The notes under the pieces were generated by a model, which was given only the letters and a program-made list of their open reading frames with translations, was not told where the DNA came from and made no database searches. The translations under genes and the position numbers were made by a program. A stretch of DNA of 64,000 nucleotides from Leucoraja ocellata (lineage: Eukaryota): contig JAWMAR010000329.1 in the NCBI GenBank assembly GCA_036785375.1, positions 372,001 through 436,000 on the forward strand. The letters are read 5' to 3'. Positions 10,061-22,909 of the stretch are shown here, in pieces (the stretch's first letter is position 1; each line of letters starts with the position of its first letter).

Positions 10061-13000
10061 TTTAAATACATTACTTCACTCACAGGATTGCAAATCTGGA
10101 GCTTTCCATGTCAAAGTCCCAAAGAATTGTAAATATTCAGTCACTAAGAATGTTCATGATTTAAAACATTAGATCATTGGGCATTGTGAGGATTAAGACG
10201 TATGGAGATTGATCAGAAAGGCAAACTTTGTACTGGATTATCTTGTTCTAATTGAACAGAGGAGTTTCTTTTTTAGGCTGTTTAGCCGGCTCTTACTCCA
10301 GTTTGCTATGTTCTTATGTTCTTTTTAAAAATGGTTTTATTAAAATTATATCCCAGCAGTAATCAAACCTTTCAGCAGAGAAGAGGGAGAAATCAATAAA
10401 TTAGCAACAATAAAAATGTAGGCATTTATACAGCTAAGTCTGGTTATTCCATTTTCTCAGTATCCAATAAACATATTATATGCAGTAACTATTGATGGAA
10501 TATATACTTTACTTCAATTTAATGGTTTATGATATCAATAAAGTGCTTTATTGTGTGATTTTACTGCACTTTCAGAAATTGATAGCAATCCTCCTGTGGA
10601 ATAAGACTGATGAGTGTTTTTTATAAGCTGAGCAGTTAAAGGTGAGCCAAATAGATTGGGAAGCTTAAAATCTGGTCTGAGTGAGCTGAAAAAAAGAAAT
10701 ATCAGCTGGCGTCTTCTTTCCCAGAATTGAAGGGAAAACATTTCCTGAGAGTTTCTATTCCTAACCATGTGTCACAGTGCACGTGTGGCTATCAATTGGG
10801 TGCAGGAGTGGGAATCTGTTTGTTTCCTAAACCCGCATTTGCCATTACCTTAGCTCTGATTCAAACTATCTCAGTACTCAAGACACAGACCTGACCTCCC
10901 AGTCATTGTCTTCTGACCTTCTGACGGGTGTCCAGATTAGAACAGCTTCTTCCCAACTGCTATCCGACTTCTGAATCAATTATCCCCTTTACACCCCATT
11001 CCCGGAGGGAATTTGTACTATTTACTCTGAGCTTTATATGAGCAAAGAATTTCATTGCACTTTGATGTTTATGACAATAAACTAATCTAATCTAAACCCG
11101 TCAAACGGCAACATCTAGGGAACACCATTATCCGACAGCTCTCTGTGATTATTTGAGATTTTAGTTATTGTCAGTTGTGTTTCTGATATGTGAAAAAAAA
11201 AATCAGTAGAAGACATTACTTTAGGACAAGGGGCATCAGTAAGTCTCAATGTAAACTAGTCTAATTTAGTCACCTTGTCCCTATCATACTACTCCTGAAG
11301 ACTTTGTTGGAGACCTCAAATCTCAATCTCTTATCTCATTGCCACCTCGACCCTCAATGGCAATCCTCAGCGATAATCCTGGGATCTGTGCCTATTTTTT
11401 TGTCAACCTTTGGTCATGATTCTTTGTTTCTGAACCTCAGCCTGTGACTAAACTGATGACACTGAACCAGGTCTGGTTAACTCCTGGGCAGCACATTTTT
11501 GTTGTTGAAATGGTCGTGGGCACTCTGCAGCATAGCATATTTTGTACACAAAATGAAATAGAGATGAAGGAAATTTCAAGACCAGACATATTTTATCACT
11601 TGGCACAGCAAACATGGTCATATGCATATTTGTTATGTCTATCAATATATGTGTACTTGGAGTTAGCCCTGACAACACTAATAGTGTCGTAGAGTCATAC
11701 AGCAATAAAACAGGCCCTTCAGCCCTACTTGCCCACATTGACCGACATGTCCCATCTACACTAGTCCCAGCTGCCTGCCTAATTTGGGTGTACAAATGTA
11801 AAATTCAATTGGGGAATTCAGTTGGCAAGAGATAAACAATTTTCATTTCTGGAGGAGACTTCCAAAGTTCTTTGCTAGTTAAGTCACTGTGCTGAAACAT
11901 GGGAGGCATTCATAAATACACAGCCTTCATCTAGAGAAAAAAAAAAGAAAGAAAATCGCATCCTAACAAAAGGTCTGGCTGGTAATGTCATTCCTCATGT
12001 AAAAAGTGACAAATTGAGAACCACGCACAGGAAACCTTTGGAATAGTGCAAGAGGCATCTAGGGGCAGCAAAGGAGCAATTAAGGCAGCTTTCATGATGC
12101 AAGAACACAAATGATTTGATGGGCTTTTCTCAGCCAGATTTATCTCATGATTTTATGAATTGACTTTATCGTCAAATTGTGATCCGCCACGAAGTGCAGC
12201 AGTTCCACATCCATCATTACTTGTTAGCTGTTTTTTTGGCAAACTGCTGAGCCTCATTGTGTAGCCACATTGTGCGATTCTCTAAATGATACTTGAAATG
12301 AGAAAAAGGTCTTTCAGATACGTAGCTGCCTGCCACATTCCACAATATAATACCATAGTTGTTATACTGACATTACATCACCTCCCACCTATCAGGAGAG
12401 TATAAATGAGGAAGAATACAGTACACAGTACAGCACTGGGAAATTGTATCCACATTTTGGAAAATGCTTAATAACCAATTCAGAATCTTCCAACCTGAAA
12501 CTATCCACTAAAAAGGAGGCATTTTTTTGAAAATCCCACAAATTAAATATTTACATATTTAAATAGTTTATATGAATCACTAACAGCACCTGTGGCCTGT
12601 TGAGTAAATAACGATCCAGATGTACCATTAACAGAAGTTAGATCAGTTGTCCTGGTATTCAACAAGCATTTATCTCATGCATTTAATTCAGAAAAATATC
12701 CCCAAGCACTCGATACAAAAATGAAGGGAAGTGAATGCTCGGTTGAAAGAGAGATTATGAGGAGTGACCAGCATTTCTCCATGAGATACAGTTTGAGCAA
12801 TTACTTTCTGAATAGGGGCATATGGAGGTATCTCCACAGGATAAAAGTGTTGAAGTCACGGGGAATGTAATGGGAGGGAAATGTATGAGTGGAACTGAGT
12901 TTGGAGTAGAGGGATGGGTTGCAAGCTTGGTGAGAGAGATCTCATCTTATATACTTATAATAATACAGAAAAAAAGGCCATTCGGGCAATCAGATCCATG

Positions 13001-13117
13001 CTGGCCCTCAAGAGAGAAATAATTAAATGCAGATGGAAATTTTTAAATTCAGGTAGCAAATAAAAAGGCACTGACTTGAAACATGATTCTAAAATGTCAG
13101 GAATGCTGCCCTCTATT

Positions 13118-13410
13118 CATGGTCCCCAGATTTCTACCCATTAAACTCACATTAGGAGCAGACGAGGGCATTCGATCCAATTTGTTATTCCAGCTACAAA
13201 GACAGATGTATACAGCAATTCGTTCTTCCCCCGCACGATTAAAGCATGGAATAATCTCCCCCAACTATAGTTACCCAACCAGATGCAACTAAATTTAAAG
13301 TAGCTCTTTCTTCCGAATAACCCTTTCTGGCTTAAGCCCTCCTTTCACCACCTCCAGTTTAAATTCCATTTGGAATATTTTGGAGGACCAAGAAACCAAG
13401 AACCAAGAAC
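13118..13410 (+). mobile_element. LINE 3' end (CR1/L2-group)
   Basis: RSRRGHSIQFVIPATKTDVYSNSFFPRTIKAWNNLP; tail (AAGAACC)n. Confidence 0.7.
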
Positions 13411-16400
13411 CCTTAGATTATGTGGGTCCCCCAGCAGGTGTTCAATAATCCAATATGATCAGTCCATTCAGTTACAGACCATCCACTTATCAATCCCCCA
13501 GAAACACTTCTACAACAAACGGACTTAAGCTGCTACTCCGATTCAAATACCAAAGCTACAGTTATTATAAATGGATCATATCAGTAAAAACGATTAATTT
13601 GAAAAAAAAATGAAAATAAAAAGAATTAAGTATGATAACTAAATTAAATCAAAATTTGTAAATTCTATGAAATTATCTTTCTCCCTCACTGTTAATACTC
13701 TCCATTGAATTGGAGTTATTTAATCTATACTAAACAAGAGGTCCACAGTTGCTGAGTTGGCAACTGTGCTCAACTGTACGGAGGTTCAGGACATCAATGC
13801 TTTCGCACTTCCATGACCCTGCATAGTTATTAAGTTCTGCCTCTTACTGGAAATTTCAGCTACAAAATTCTGTTTTTCTTGCTACATTTTCTGTCTGATC
13901 GAATCAGTATATCTGGTATTTTCTGTTATTATTGCAGATTTTCACCACCTGTTGTACTTTACATCAGTATCCAGTTGATGTGCTATACTGGTCTCTGTGT
14001 TCCCAGACTGGGGAACAAAATCAGTCAGGGCTCTATTCTTAATCCCACTACAGTGAGCTGAGTAGACAGTGCGCATTGACGAATAGTGAACATAAAACAT
14101 AATTGAAACTGGTTAGGATGCTTCATTGTTTGAACAGCCTGCCTACACTCAATATCACTCAATATCTAGCCTTGAGCATAAGAAATGTTTCACTCAAATG
14201 TCCTTGTGCCATGTGTGTTGGTAAACAGTTCCATCAAGGGTCATTACCAAGAATCAGTTCTGTTCCTCCCAGCACCACCACTCCCTCTACCCCAATCCCA
14301 CCCAACCCCCTAGATGTGGCATAAAAGGCTCGATTTATACACTGTAAATGGCTCGATTGTAATCATGTATTGCCCTTCCGCTGACGTGTTAACAAGTAAC
14401 AAAAACGTTTCATTGTACCTCAGTACACGTGACAATAAACTGAACTAAACTGACAAAATAAAGCAGCACAACCAGAGAGACAGCTGCCAACCATTTCTGT
14501 TTGGGTGTGTTCCTTGTACTGACATATGAAATTCCCTGTATTGTATGAGAAGCCCATCTTCCTGCATAATTGAACACCCTACCTTAAAAGATCAAGTCTC
14601 AATCTCAAGTTAAATGGATCCTGGAAGCTACTCTCCCAGAGTCACCTGGCAGATCCACATACCTTGGGCTCTGTGCTCATTGCTGATGCAGAAATTAATG
14701 AGACCTGAGGTCCATTACAATGAGGCAAAACCAACCCCACCACACTTGACCCTCATGTTTGAAGTGCCATGTTCCAGTGAGGGATTAAATCAGAAAGTAC
14801 CTTGCTCCAAATACAGAAAATGCTGGAAATTCTCAGCTGGGCAGGCACCATACACACAGAGAGAAACAGTCTGGTTGTTTCTGGTCAATGAAGTCAGCTT
14901 TGGCAAAGGCAGTAAGAATCAGTGGAAGGAGGGGAGGAAAACAGGAGTCTGTAATAAGGTTCAAGGACAAAATAATTAAATGACAACAGGATAAAAGTAC
15001 ATAAAGTGGTAATGAAATCAGCAACATTATAGATAGGACACCATTGCTCTATGACTTTGCCCGTTGAATAGTACTAATTTTAATAAATAAACTATTTAAT
15101 ATTGATATGGTGTGATGGTTTGATGGTACTTTCCTTTACAGTAAGGCCAGACAAATGGATATCCTTGTAGTTCCGCAGCAGTAACTTAAGATATATAGAT
15201 GTAACTATGGTTACCATTCTCACCTTACAATGAAACCACACACAACTTCCGATTGCAGAGGCTCAAATTTGTTTTTATAGTCACAGGCGGCAATAGACCC
15301 TGTGCTTTTATTAACTCACATCTAAACACTGTCATTTAATCCACGCCTATGCAAACCACAAATTGCATCCAAGTATAACTTTAAAAAGCATACAATTTGA
15401 CAAGAGTATAACATTTCAAAACCGCACATGCTATCCTGTAGACACCCACTTAATTTCCTTAATTACATCCTATGTCCTGCGTAACTACATTGTTTTCTGG
15501 AACAACATAACCTTCTGGTTTCTAGAGATTCATGGGTATCTCTAAAGCTCTGACTAGTTTTAAACATCTCAGTTTCAAACGGACTAACTAAATCATGCTG
15601 ATTTTCTTTGTTAAGCTATTGAATTGAGTGCCATTTCACCAATCAAGGATTTACAGCATTTTCTGTTTTTTTGTCCGATTTCCAGCACCCGCAGCACTTT
15701 GCTTTAGTTTTCAATGTCTGCCACTGTATTTAGCTTACCTGGTAGGTAAGTTGCTGAGAGCCAAATATGTTTGTCGACACACCATTGCCAGATTGTGTTG
15801 ACCAAATTGTCAAATGATATCGATTTTATCCCGCCCATATAGGCCACCACTGTGGTATTATCAATTTGTAAACGAACATGCAAATGGTGCATATTTGTAC
15901 AATATGCTTTTAAACCATAGAACGTACCCAACATTTCCAAATAGTTTATGCCCAGTGTCTGTAGTAGTGATGATTCTAGATTAGTCCATCTACCACCTGT
16001 GCTGGATATGGTATTAGTTGCTCCCCAGCCTTGAACATTGGCATCTGTTTGTATAGTTAACGTTGGGTTACTGATGATGATAGGGCTGGAACTATGTCAA
16101 ATGTTCTCTATCCACCATTGCAGCTCTGATATAGCTTCAATGGGCAATTTCATGGTTCGGTCAAAATGTCCTGCATGTCGTTTTAACGCTTGCACCTTTG
16201 CTCTTTGTAAGTTTTGATAGTGCAAAGGTCCAAACTGGGTAGCTGGAAATGCTGCTACTATTTTACCAATTACTCTTGCCACTTGTCGGATGGTTGGTCG
16301 ATTGTTAACCATTAATTTGTTACATGTTTGTGCCAATTCTGCTGATTTCTCTTTTGGCAGCGTTACAGACATGTGGACTGAGTTAATTGTGAACCCCAGA

Positions 16401-16866
16401 TAGTCCATAGTCAACTTAGATTTATCTGGATGTATGACGAAACCCAGGGTTTCAAATAAATGTTTAGTAGCTAATACAGCTGAATTAGCTAATTCCATGG
16501 TTTTGCCTATTACTAAAATATCATCAAGATATGCCATGACAATATGTTTTTTGTTTTCTTAATATTGCCAAGGCTGGTTTTAGTATCTTGGTAAACAGTC
16601 TTGGGGATGATGTTAGGACATTAGGCAATGATTTGAACTGCCATAGTTGCCCCATCCAGGTAAATTTTAGGTATCTACGATGATCCTTGTGAATAGGTAC
16701 TGAATAGTAGGCATCTTTTAAATCGATGCTTGCCATAAAGTATCGTTTGGAAATCAGTTGTTTGGCAGTCACAAATGTTTCCATTTTAAAGTGTATATAC
16801 TTAACGAAAGTATTCAATGCAGTTAAGTCAATGATGATGCGACATCCACCATCTTTTTTGGTTTCC

Positions 16867-17880
16867 ATTCCGGAAGTGGCGGCGCTGTGAAACGGCTACG
16901 GCTCGCCTGCAGTCTGTCTGTTTTTACTTTTTTGTGTTGTTTTTTTTTGTCTTGTTCAGTTAAACTTTTGGTTATTAGGTTGTGTTATGTGGGGGGGGGT
17001 CTGAGCTGAGGCCTAATGGCGGAGCTGGCGGCCTCGAACCTGCGACCGACATCGAGGATCCGGAGGTAGAGCCAGCCAGCACTTACCAACGCGAGGCTGG
17101 CCATCTTCGAGCTGCGGCAGCGTTCGGGCAGTGGCTCGACTCGGCGCTCCAGTGAGGGTGGATGGCGCGGGGCTGAGACACTCCTGTGAGGGCGGCCCGG
17201 CTCCCGGCTGGAAGGCGCTCCCGTGTGGGTGGCCCGATGCGGGGCTGAGACACTCCCATGTGGGCGGCCTGGCTCCCGGCTAGAAGGCGCTCCCGTGTGG
17301 GCGGCCTTGCTCCCGGCTGGAAGGCGCTCCCGTGAGGACGGCCCGGCTCCCGGCTGGAAGGCGCTCCCGTGGGGGCGGCCTGGTGCGGGGCTGAGGCGCT
17401 CCCGTGTGGGTGGCCCGGTGCGGGGCGGAGACGGTGCTCCGATGGCTGAGGCGGCGTTCTGGCGGCTGCGACCTGAATCCGAGGCTCGGCTGCGGGCTGG
17501 TGGATGACATCGTCGGGAGCTCGCTGGTCACAGGTTGCTGCCTGTTTTCCAGAGCTCCCGTGGCAACAACTGCATCCGCTGGACTGGAGGGCGGCAGCTT
17601 CGACCACCCCCAGGCCGCGGAGCTTGAACCGCGGGACTGACTTACCATCGCCCGGTGGGGTATCGCCTCAGTGCAGAGGGAGAAGAGAAGGGAAGAGACA
17701 GCAACCCTAAAACTTTTGCCTCCATCACAGTGAGGAGGTGCTTGGTGAACTCACTGTGGTGGATGTTAATTTGTGTTTATTGTGTGTTGTTTATTATTAC
17801 ATGTATGGCTGCAGGCAATGACATTTCGTTCAGACCGAAAGGTCTGAATGACAAATAAAGGATTCAATTCAATTCAATTT
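16867..17880 (+). mobile_element. Non-autonomous composite retroelement (YY1/ETS-like head, GC-rich VNTR, LINE-type 3' hairpin, (ATTCA)n tail), copy 1
   Basis: Starts ccggaagtggcggcgctg, T-rich tract, VNTR, 3' region homologous to 26496-27360, hairpin at 17827-17850, AATAAA and microsatellite tail; inserted in DIRS RT. Confidence 0.8.
17140..17440 (+). repeat. GC-rich minisatellite, ~8 units of 35-37 bp
   Basis: Unit ggcgctcccgtgtgggcggcc followed by either ...tgcggggctga or ...ctcccggctggaa. Confidence 0.9.
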
Positions 17881-17903
17881 AATTTTGGTAAATATATATA
17901 TAT

Positions 17904-18654
17904 AACACAGACATTAACCTCCTACTCAACACATCAAAAACCCATGAACTTATCATCGACCTTAGACGTAAGGCACAACCCAAGACCCCCCTACTCATCT
18001 CCGGTGAACCCATATCCACCATTGACTCATTCAAATTTCTTGGCACTCACATACGCAATAACCTCAAATGGAAAACCAATTCAGATCACATTTATAAAAA
18101 AGCCAACCAAAGACTCCTTTCTCCGTCAGCTCAAGAAGTTCAGAGTGAGGAAACATCTCCTAATCCAATTTTACACAGCCATCATCCAAAGCATGCTCAC
18201 TTCATCAATAACAGTTTGGTACAGCAGTTTAGACACTCACTCCCGTAATAAACTACAGCGCATTGTCAACAAAGCATCCAAAATCATCAGCACTCCCCTC
18301 CCATCAATAGAATCACTCAATCTCAAACGGTCCGTGTCAAGGGTGAAGAAAATCATTTCTGATCCCTCCCACCCAGCTCACCACATCTTCCACCTGCTGC
18401 CCTCAGGGAGGCGCTACAGCTCACTGCTTGCCAAAACATCACGATTTAAAAACAGTCTCTATCCATATGCAATTCGAACTCTGAACTCTCTATTATAATA
18501 TCACAAAGCCACCTTGTGCATGTACTGTATACTGTATGTTGTTTGTGTTTTATGTTTGACGGGAATCAGCTTATTGTGTAACATCCTGTACTGAATATGA
18601 ATTCCACCAGCTTGACTGTGTGGTCATTAAATAATCTTGAATCTTAAATCTTGA
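17904..18654 (+). mobile_element. Rex1/Babar-like LINE 3' fragment nested in DIRS
   Basis: ORF FLRQLKKF...FYTAIIQSMLTSSITVWY...LQRIV...LLPSGRRY...RFKNS; tail (AATCTTG)n. Confidence 0.85.
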
Positions 18655-20419
18655 ATATTTGAAACAAATTCCAAAGGTTCATGTTCAGATTTCTAAATGA
18701 TACCCTTTGTAAGTAACCTCGCCAGTTCTGCTTGTCCCTCTAGTTTTTCTTTTAGTGAGAGGGTAAAACCCCTTTGGGGTGCATGCTGAACTGGTGGCAT
18801 GTTTTCTTGAATAAATTCAATTTTGTATCCTTGAATACTGTTAAGTATATAACTATCAAGTGTGATAGTCCTCCATGCTTCCATGAACAGGTGTAGTCTC
18901 CCCCCCCCCCCCCCCCCCCCCCCCCATCCCCCCGCCTGTTATGTACTGGTAGGAACCAGACCCACTTACCTCCATTGTTATTGGTGGATTTATTTCTTCT
19001 GTTTCTTGTTCTGGTTCTTCGTCGGTCGTGGTGCTGTGTGGGGGTGGCGCATTTTCCATGGGGTCCGCTCTGGGCCCTGTCCTAAAAAAGGCTTCCGGGG
19101 ATGGTGTGCAGACCCCGAGCTTTCACCAGTCCCATGGAATTGACGTAGACTGGTGGATGCAATGGGGTACTGCCGCTTTGGTTGAGTGGTTCTGCTCGTT
19201 CCGGGACCTGCCCCATGAGGCCAAATGCTTTCGATTCCTCATCCAGGTCTTTGACCAGTCAAATCGACAAAGAAGGTAAATACTCTGATATGTGATGGAA
19301 AGGCAATGATAACTTGCTCAATTAATTCAACTCCGAGAATTAAATAAAAACGACATTCTCTTGGTTCAAATACGAGATTTAAAGGGCCTGCGAAGACAGA
19401 GCCAGAAACACTCACCAAAATCTTGATTCCTGGTGAGGTCCCAACAATAATAACATATCCAGTACGCTTGGACAGTTATTGCCATGTAAAATACTGCTGA
19501 AGATTACAATTATAATCAGATACCACTCATCAAACCATAAGAACTTTATGAAAACATTGATCAAAGCGGTGAAAGCTCTGAGTAGTACCAAAGCTTTAAA
19601 ACAAAAAAATGTTGAAGTAAATATTTAACGACAGAAGCAGTTAAATTATTGCCATGTATAGTATCAAAACTTTATAACACTAGAATGAATTAAATAGAAT
19701 GTAGTTCTGGATAAATATTATGCTTTCCGAGTACTCAAAGATACGTCAGAATATCAGTGTTACAATTAAGGATTTTTTCCAGGTTGTCAAACTGACTTGA
19801 CATTAGCAAAGAAATCAAGTCTTCCATGAAACATTTGCATTTTGGGATGCCCATTATGTTTTCTCTGGCATAATAGCTAGATAAATTAAAGCAAGATATA
19901 GCATTTCCACATATCTAATAATGGACTGAGGCCACTGTTGTCTGAAAAAGCCGAAAATTCAGGTTCAAAATAAATGGTTGTATTAACACAAGGCAGTTGA
20001 ATGAATAGTCATACAAACAATAACATACTAATAGGGAAGATTTAGCATTATAAAACGCCCCAATTATCAAACAGAGTTTGAAGCGAAAGCACATAAGGAA
20101 ATATTAGTGTGGATAATTAAAAGCTTTGTCAAAGGGAAAAAGTTATTGTCAAACGAAAAGGGTGGGGAAAAAGCGGAGATGTTGATGGAAAACAATAATT
20201 AACCACTTGGAATGCGAAAATTATTTTCACGGTGTCAGGACATTGAAAGCTGCTTACATCCAATAAAATACCTTTGCAGCCGAAATACCATCTCTCTGCA
20301 CACCCTTGGTATGTTTTAAAATTGCAAAGTTAACTCAGCAGCTAATGTGTATACAACAATTTCCTTATCCAGATCATATCCAGATCATCAGTTTTAATGA
20401 CATTAGTTGAATTGGTAAA

Positions 20420-21470
20420 TAAAAATGCTGGGGAAACTCAGCGGGTGAGGCAGCATCTATGGAGCAAAGGAAATAGGGGAAGTCATTGTTCATACCGCTG
20501 GGGTGTAAACTACCCAACAAAATATGAGGTGCTGCTCCTCCAATTTACGGTGGGCCTCACTCTGGCCATGGAGGAGGCCCAGGACAGAAAGGTCGGATTC
20601 AGAAGGGGAGGGGGAGTTGAAGTACTGAGTCACCGGGAGATCAGGTTGGTTAGTTATTGCGAACCGTGCGGAGGTGTTGGGCTACGTTTGGTCTCACCGA
20701 TGTAGAGCAGCTGACATCTAGAGCAGCTGATGCAATAGATGAGGTTGGAGGAGGTGCAGGTGAACCTTTGCCGCACCTGGAAAGACTGCTTGGATCCTTG
20801 GATGGAGTCAAGGGGGGAGGTAAAGCGACAAGTGTAACATTTCCTGCGGTTGCAAGGGAAAGTGCCAAGAGAGGGGGTGGTTTGGGTGGGAAGGGACAAA
20901 TTGACCAGGGAGGGAGCGGTCGCTGCGGAAAGCAGACAGGGGACAAGATGGGAAGATTTGACCAGTGGTGGGTTCCCTATGGATGTTGCGAAAATGTCGG
21001 AAGATTATTTGTTGTATGTGACGGCTGGTAGGTTGGAAGGTGAGGACAAGGGGGGCTCTGCGAGTGGGGGGGATGGGGAGTGAGAGCAAAGTTACGGGGT
21101 ATAGAAGAGACCCTGGTGAGAGCCTTATCTATAGTAGAACCCCTGTTCCCTAAAGAATGAGGACATCTCCAATGCCCTGGTTTGGACCACCTCATCCTGG
21201 GTGCAGATGCAGCTTAGACGGAGGAATTGGGAGTAGGGGATAGAGTCCTTACAGTGAGCAGGGTGGGAAGAAGTGGGAGTCAGTGGGTTTATAGTAGATG
21301 TCAATCAGTAGCCTGTCACCTGCGATGGAGATAGTGAGGTCTAGAAACGGTGGGAGATGTTGGAAATGGTCCGGTGTATTTGAGTGCAGATGAAGTGGAT
21401 GAAGTCAGTGGTTGTGTGTGGGTGCAGGAGATAGCACCAATGCAGTCATCGATGTAGCCGAGATAGAGTT
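20420..21470 (-). mobile_element. Penelope-like element fragment (RT C-terminus, GIY-YIG endonuclease, terminal repeat)
   Basis: Minus strand YIDDC (~21450), YYKPTDSH, CNRRKCYTC, FTCTSSNLIYCISCSRCQLLYIGETKR, HPSGMN; joined directly to the short aatgctggggaaactcagcggg repeat. Confidence 0.88.
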
Positions 21471-21742
21471 GAATTGGTTGTAGATATCATAATTTGACTA
21501 TGGCAGTGGGATTTTCACAGCATAGGCCCTTGAAAACAAAATATCTAGGAGGAGTGGATACCTTCTTAGATTGCATGTTCCAAATTCAACGACCATCTGG
21601 GTGAAAAAAAAAATCTTCCTTTGATTCCAAGAGTCAAGAGTCAAGAATGTTTTATTGTCATATGCCCCAGATAGAACAATTAATTTCCTACTTGCTGCAG
21701 CACAACAGAATATGTAAACATAGTACAGTGTAAACAATATAA

Positions 21743-21920
21743 NNNNNNNNNNNNNNNNNNNNNNNNNNNNNNNNNNNNNNNNNNNNNNNNNNNNNNNNNN
21801 NNNNNNNNNNNNNNNNNNNNNNNNNNNNNNNNNNNNNNNNNNNNNNNNNNNNNNNNNNNNNNNNNNNNNNNNNNNNNNNNNNNNNNNNNNNNNNNNNNNN
21901 NNNNNNNNNNNNNNNNNNNN
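21743..21920. other. Assembly gap (178 N)
   Basis: Run of N; the left flank 21627-21742 is a minus-strand Rex1-like 3' tail running into the gap. Confidence 1.
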
Positions 21921-21977
21921 AGTTTCTAACTAACTACATTATCAATGCCTTTCATGATTTTACACCCTCAATAGGTA

Positions 21978-22190
21978 GCAAAGAACTGCAGATACTGGTT
22001 TAAACTGAAGATAGACACAAAATGCTGGAGTAACTCAATGGGCCAGGCGGCATTTCTGGGGAGAAGGAATGGGTGACGTGTTGGGTCGAGACCCTTCTTC
22101 AGACTGAAGACCCAAAACGTTCCCCATTCCTTCTCTCCAGAGGTGCTGCATGTCCCGCTGAATTACTCCAGCATTTTGTGTCTACCTTCT
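21978..22190. mobile_element. Inverted pair of Penelope-derived terminal repeats
   Basis: agacacaaaatgctggagtaactca...cttcttcagac / ctgaagacccaaaacgtt...ttactccagcattttgtgtct. Confidence 0.85.
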
Positions 22191-22909
22191 GCCAAATTAA
22201 TCACTGACCTATTCTTTAACGGTCCCCATCCTTTGCCACTGGTCCAGCCTATTCAACCTCCTTCGCCATCTCTCACATGGTAGAGTCTCAGTTTTGTTTC
22301 AAATGCCACATGCAAGGCATCAGGAATGGAATGGGTTTGAATGTTGCTGCTGAGGTGGCTTTGCACAAACTGCTTTAGATCCCCATGCAATATTGTTTTA
22401 ACAAGCCTCGGTTATCCATTGATGCATTTCTAACTTGACATTTTTAAGGCCAGATTCCTGAACTGATCTCCACATGCCTTTCATTTAAACCACTTTCACA
22501 TAAACTGTAGCCAATCATTAACCAAATCCCCATCCTGAAATATTTCACTAAATTGTACTTTAATCCGGAAACTCAGACAGAGGCATAGACCTACCTCTGC
22601 AACCAATGGCAGGTAACGACTGCATCCCTCATAATTACATTAGATCAAACAGCCATTCATCAATACTGAATGAATCACTAATGTTTGACGTTGATAAAGA
22701 TGTTAGTGATTAAATGTAATGGCCTTGGGCAAAGAACAGTTCTCACTTAGACAACCCATTGCGTTAGTCATAAAACCAATTGCATTGTGAGCCACTTACA
22801 GCCAATATGTCTGCTCTGAATTAATAGGACCATCTGGTAAAAAATAGCTTGTATAACTTTGGATGTTAACCCTTTAGAACATGTTGGCTAACTCCAGCAG
22901 AATTGTCAT

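Larger units (their letters stand above)
15714..19262 (-). mobile_element. DIRS-like (tyrosine-recombinase class) retrotransposon fragment: gag end, RT, RNase H; interrupted by two insertions
   Basis: Minus-strand ORFs AWRTITLDSYILNSIQGYKIEF, KKDGGCRIIIDL, SIDLKDAYYSVPIH, SSPRLFTK, AYLDDILV, and RNase H IDNTTVVAY...LPGKLNTVAD, typical of DIRS pol; frameshifted; no YR seen. Confidence 0.88.

Noticed and set aside
11778-11787. CArG box CCTAATTTGG
   Set aside because: Lies at the edge of a CR1/SINE tail remnant, likely chance
17083-17710. Multiple overlapping GC-rich ORFs
   Set aside because: Produced by the VNTR and stop-poor composition of the composite element
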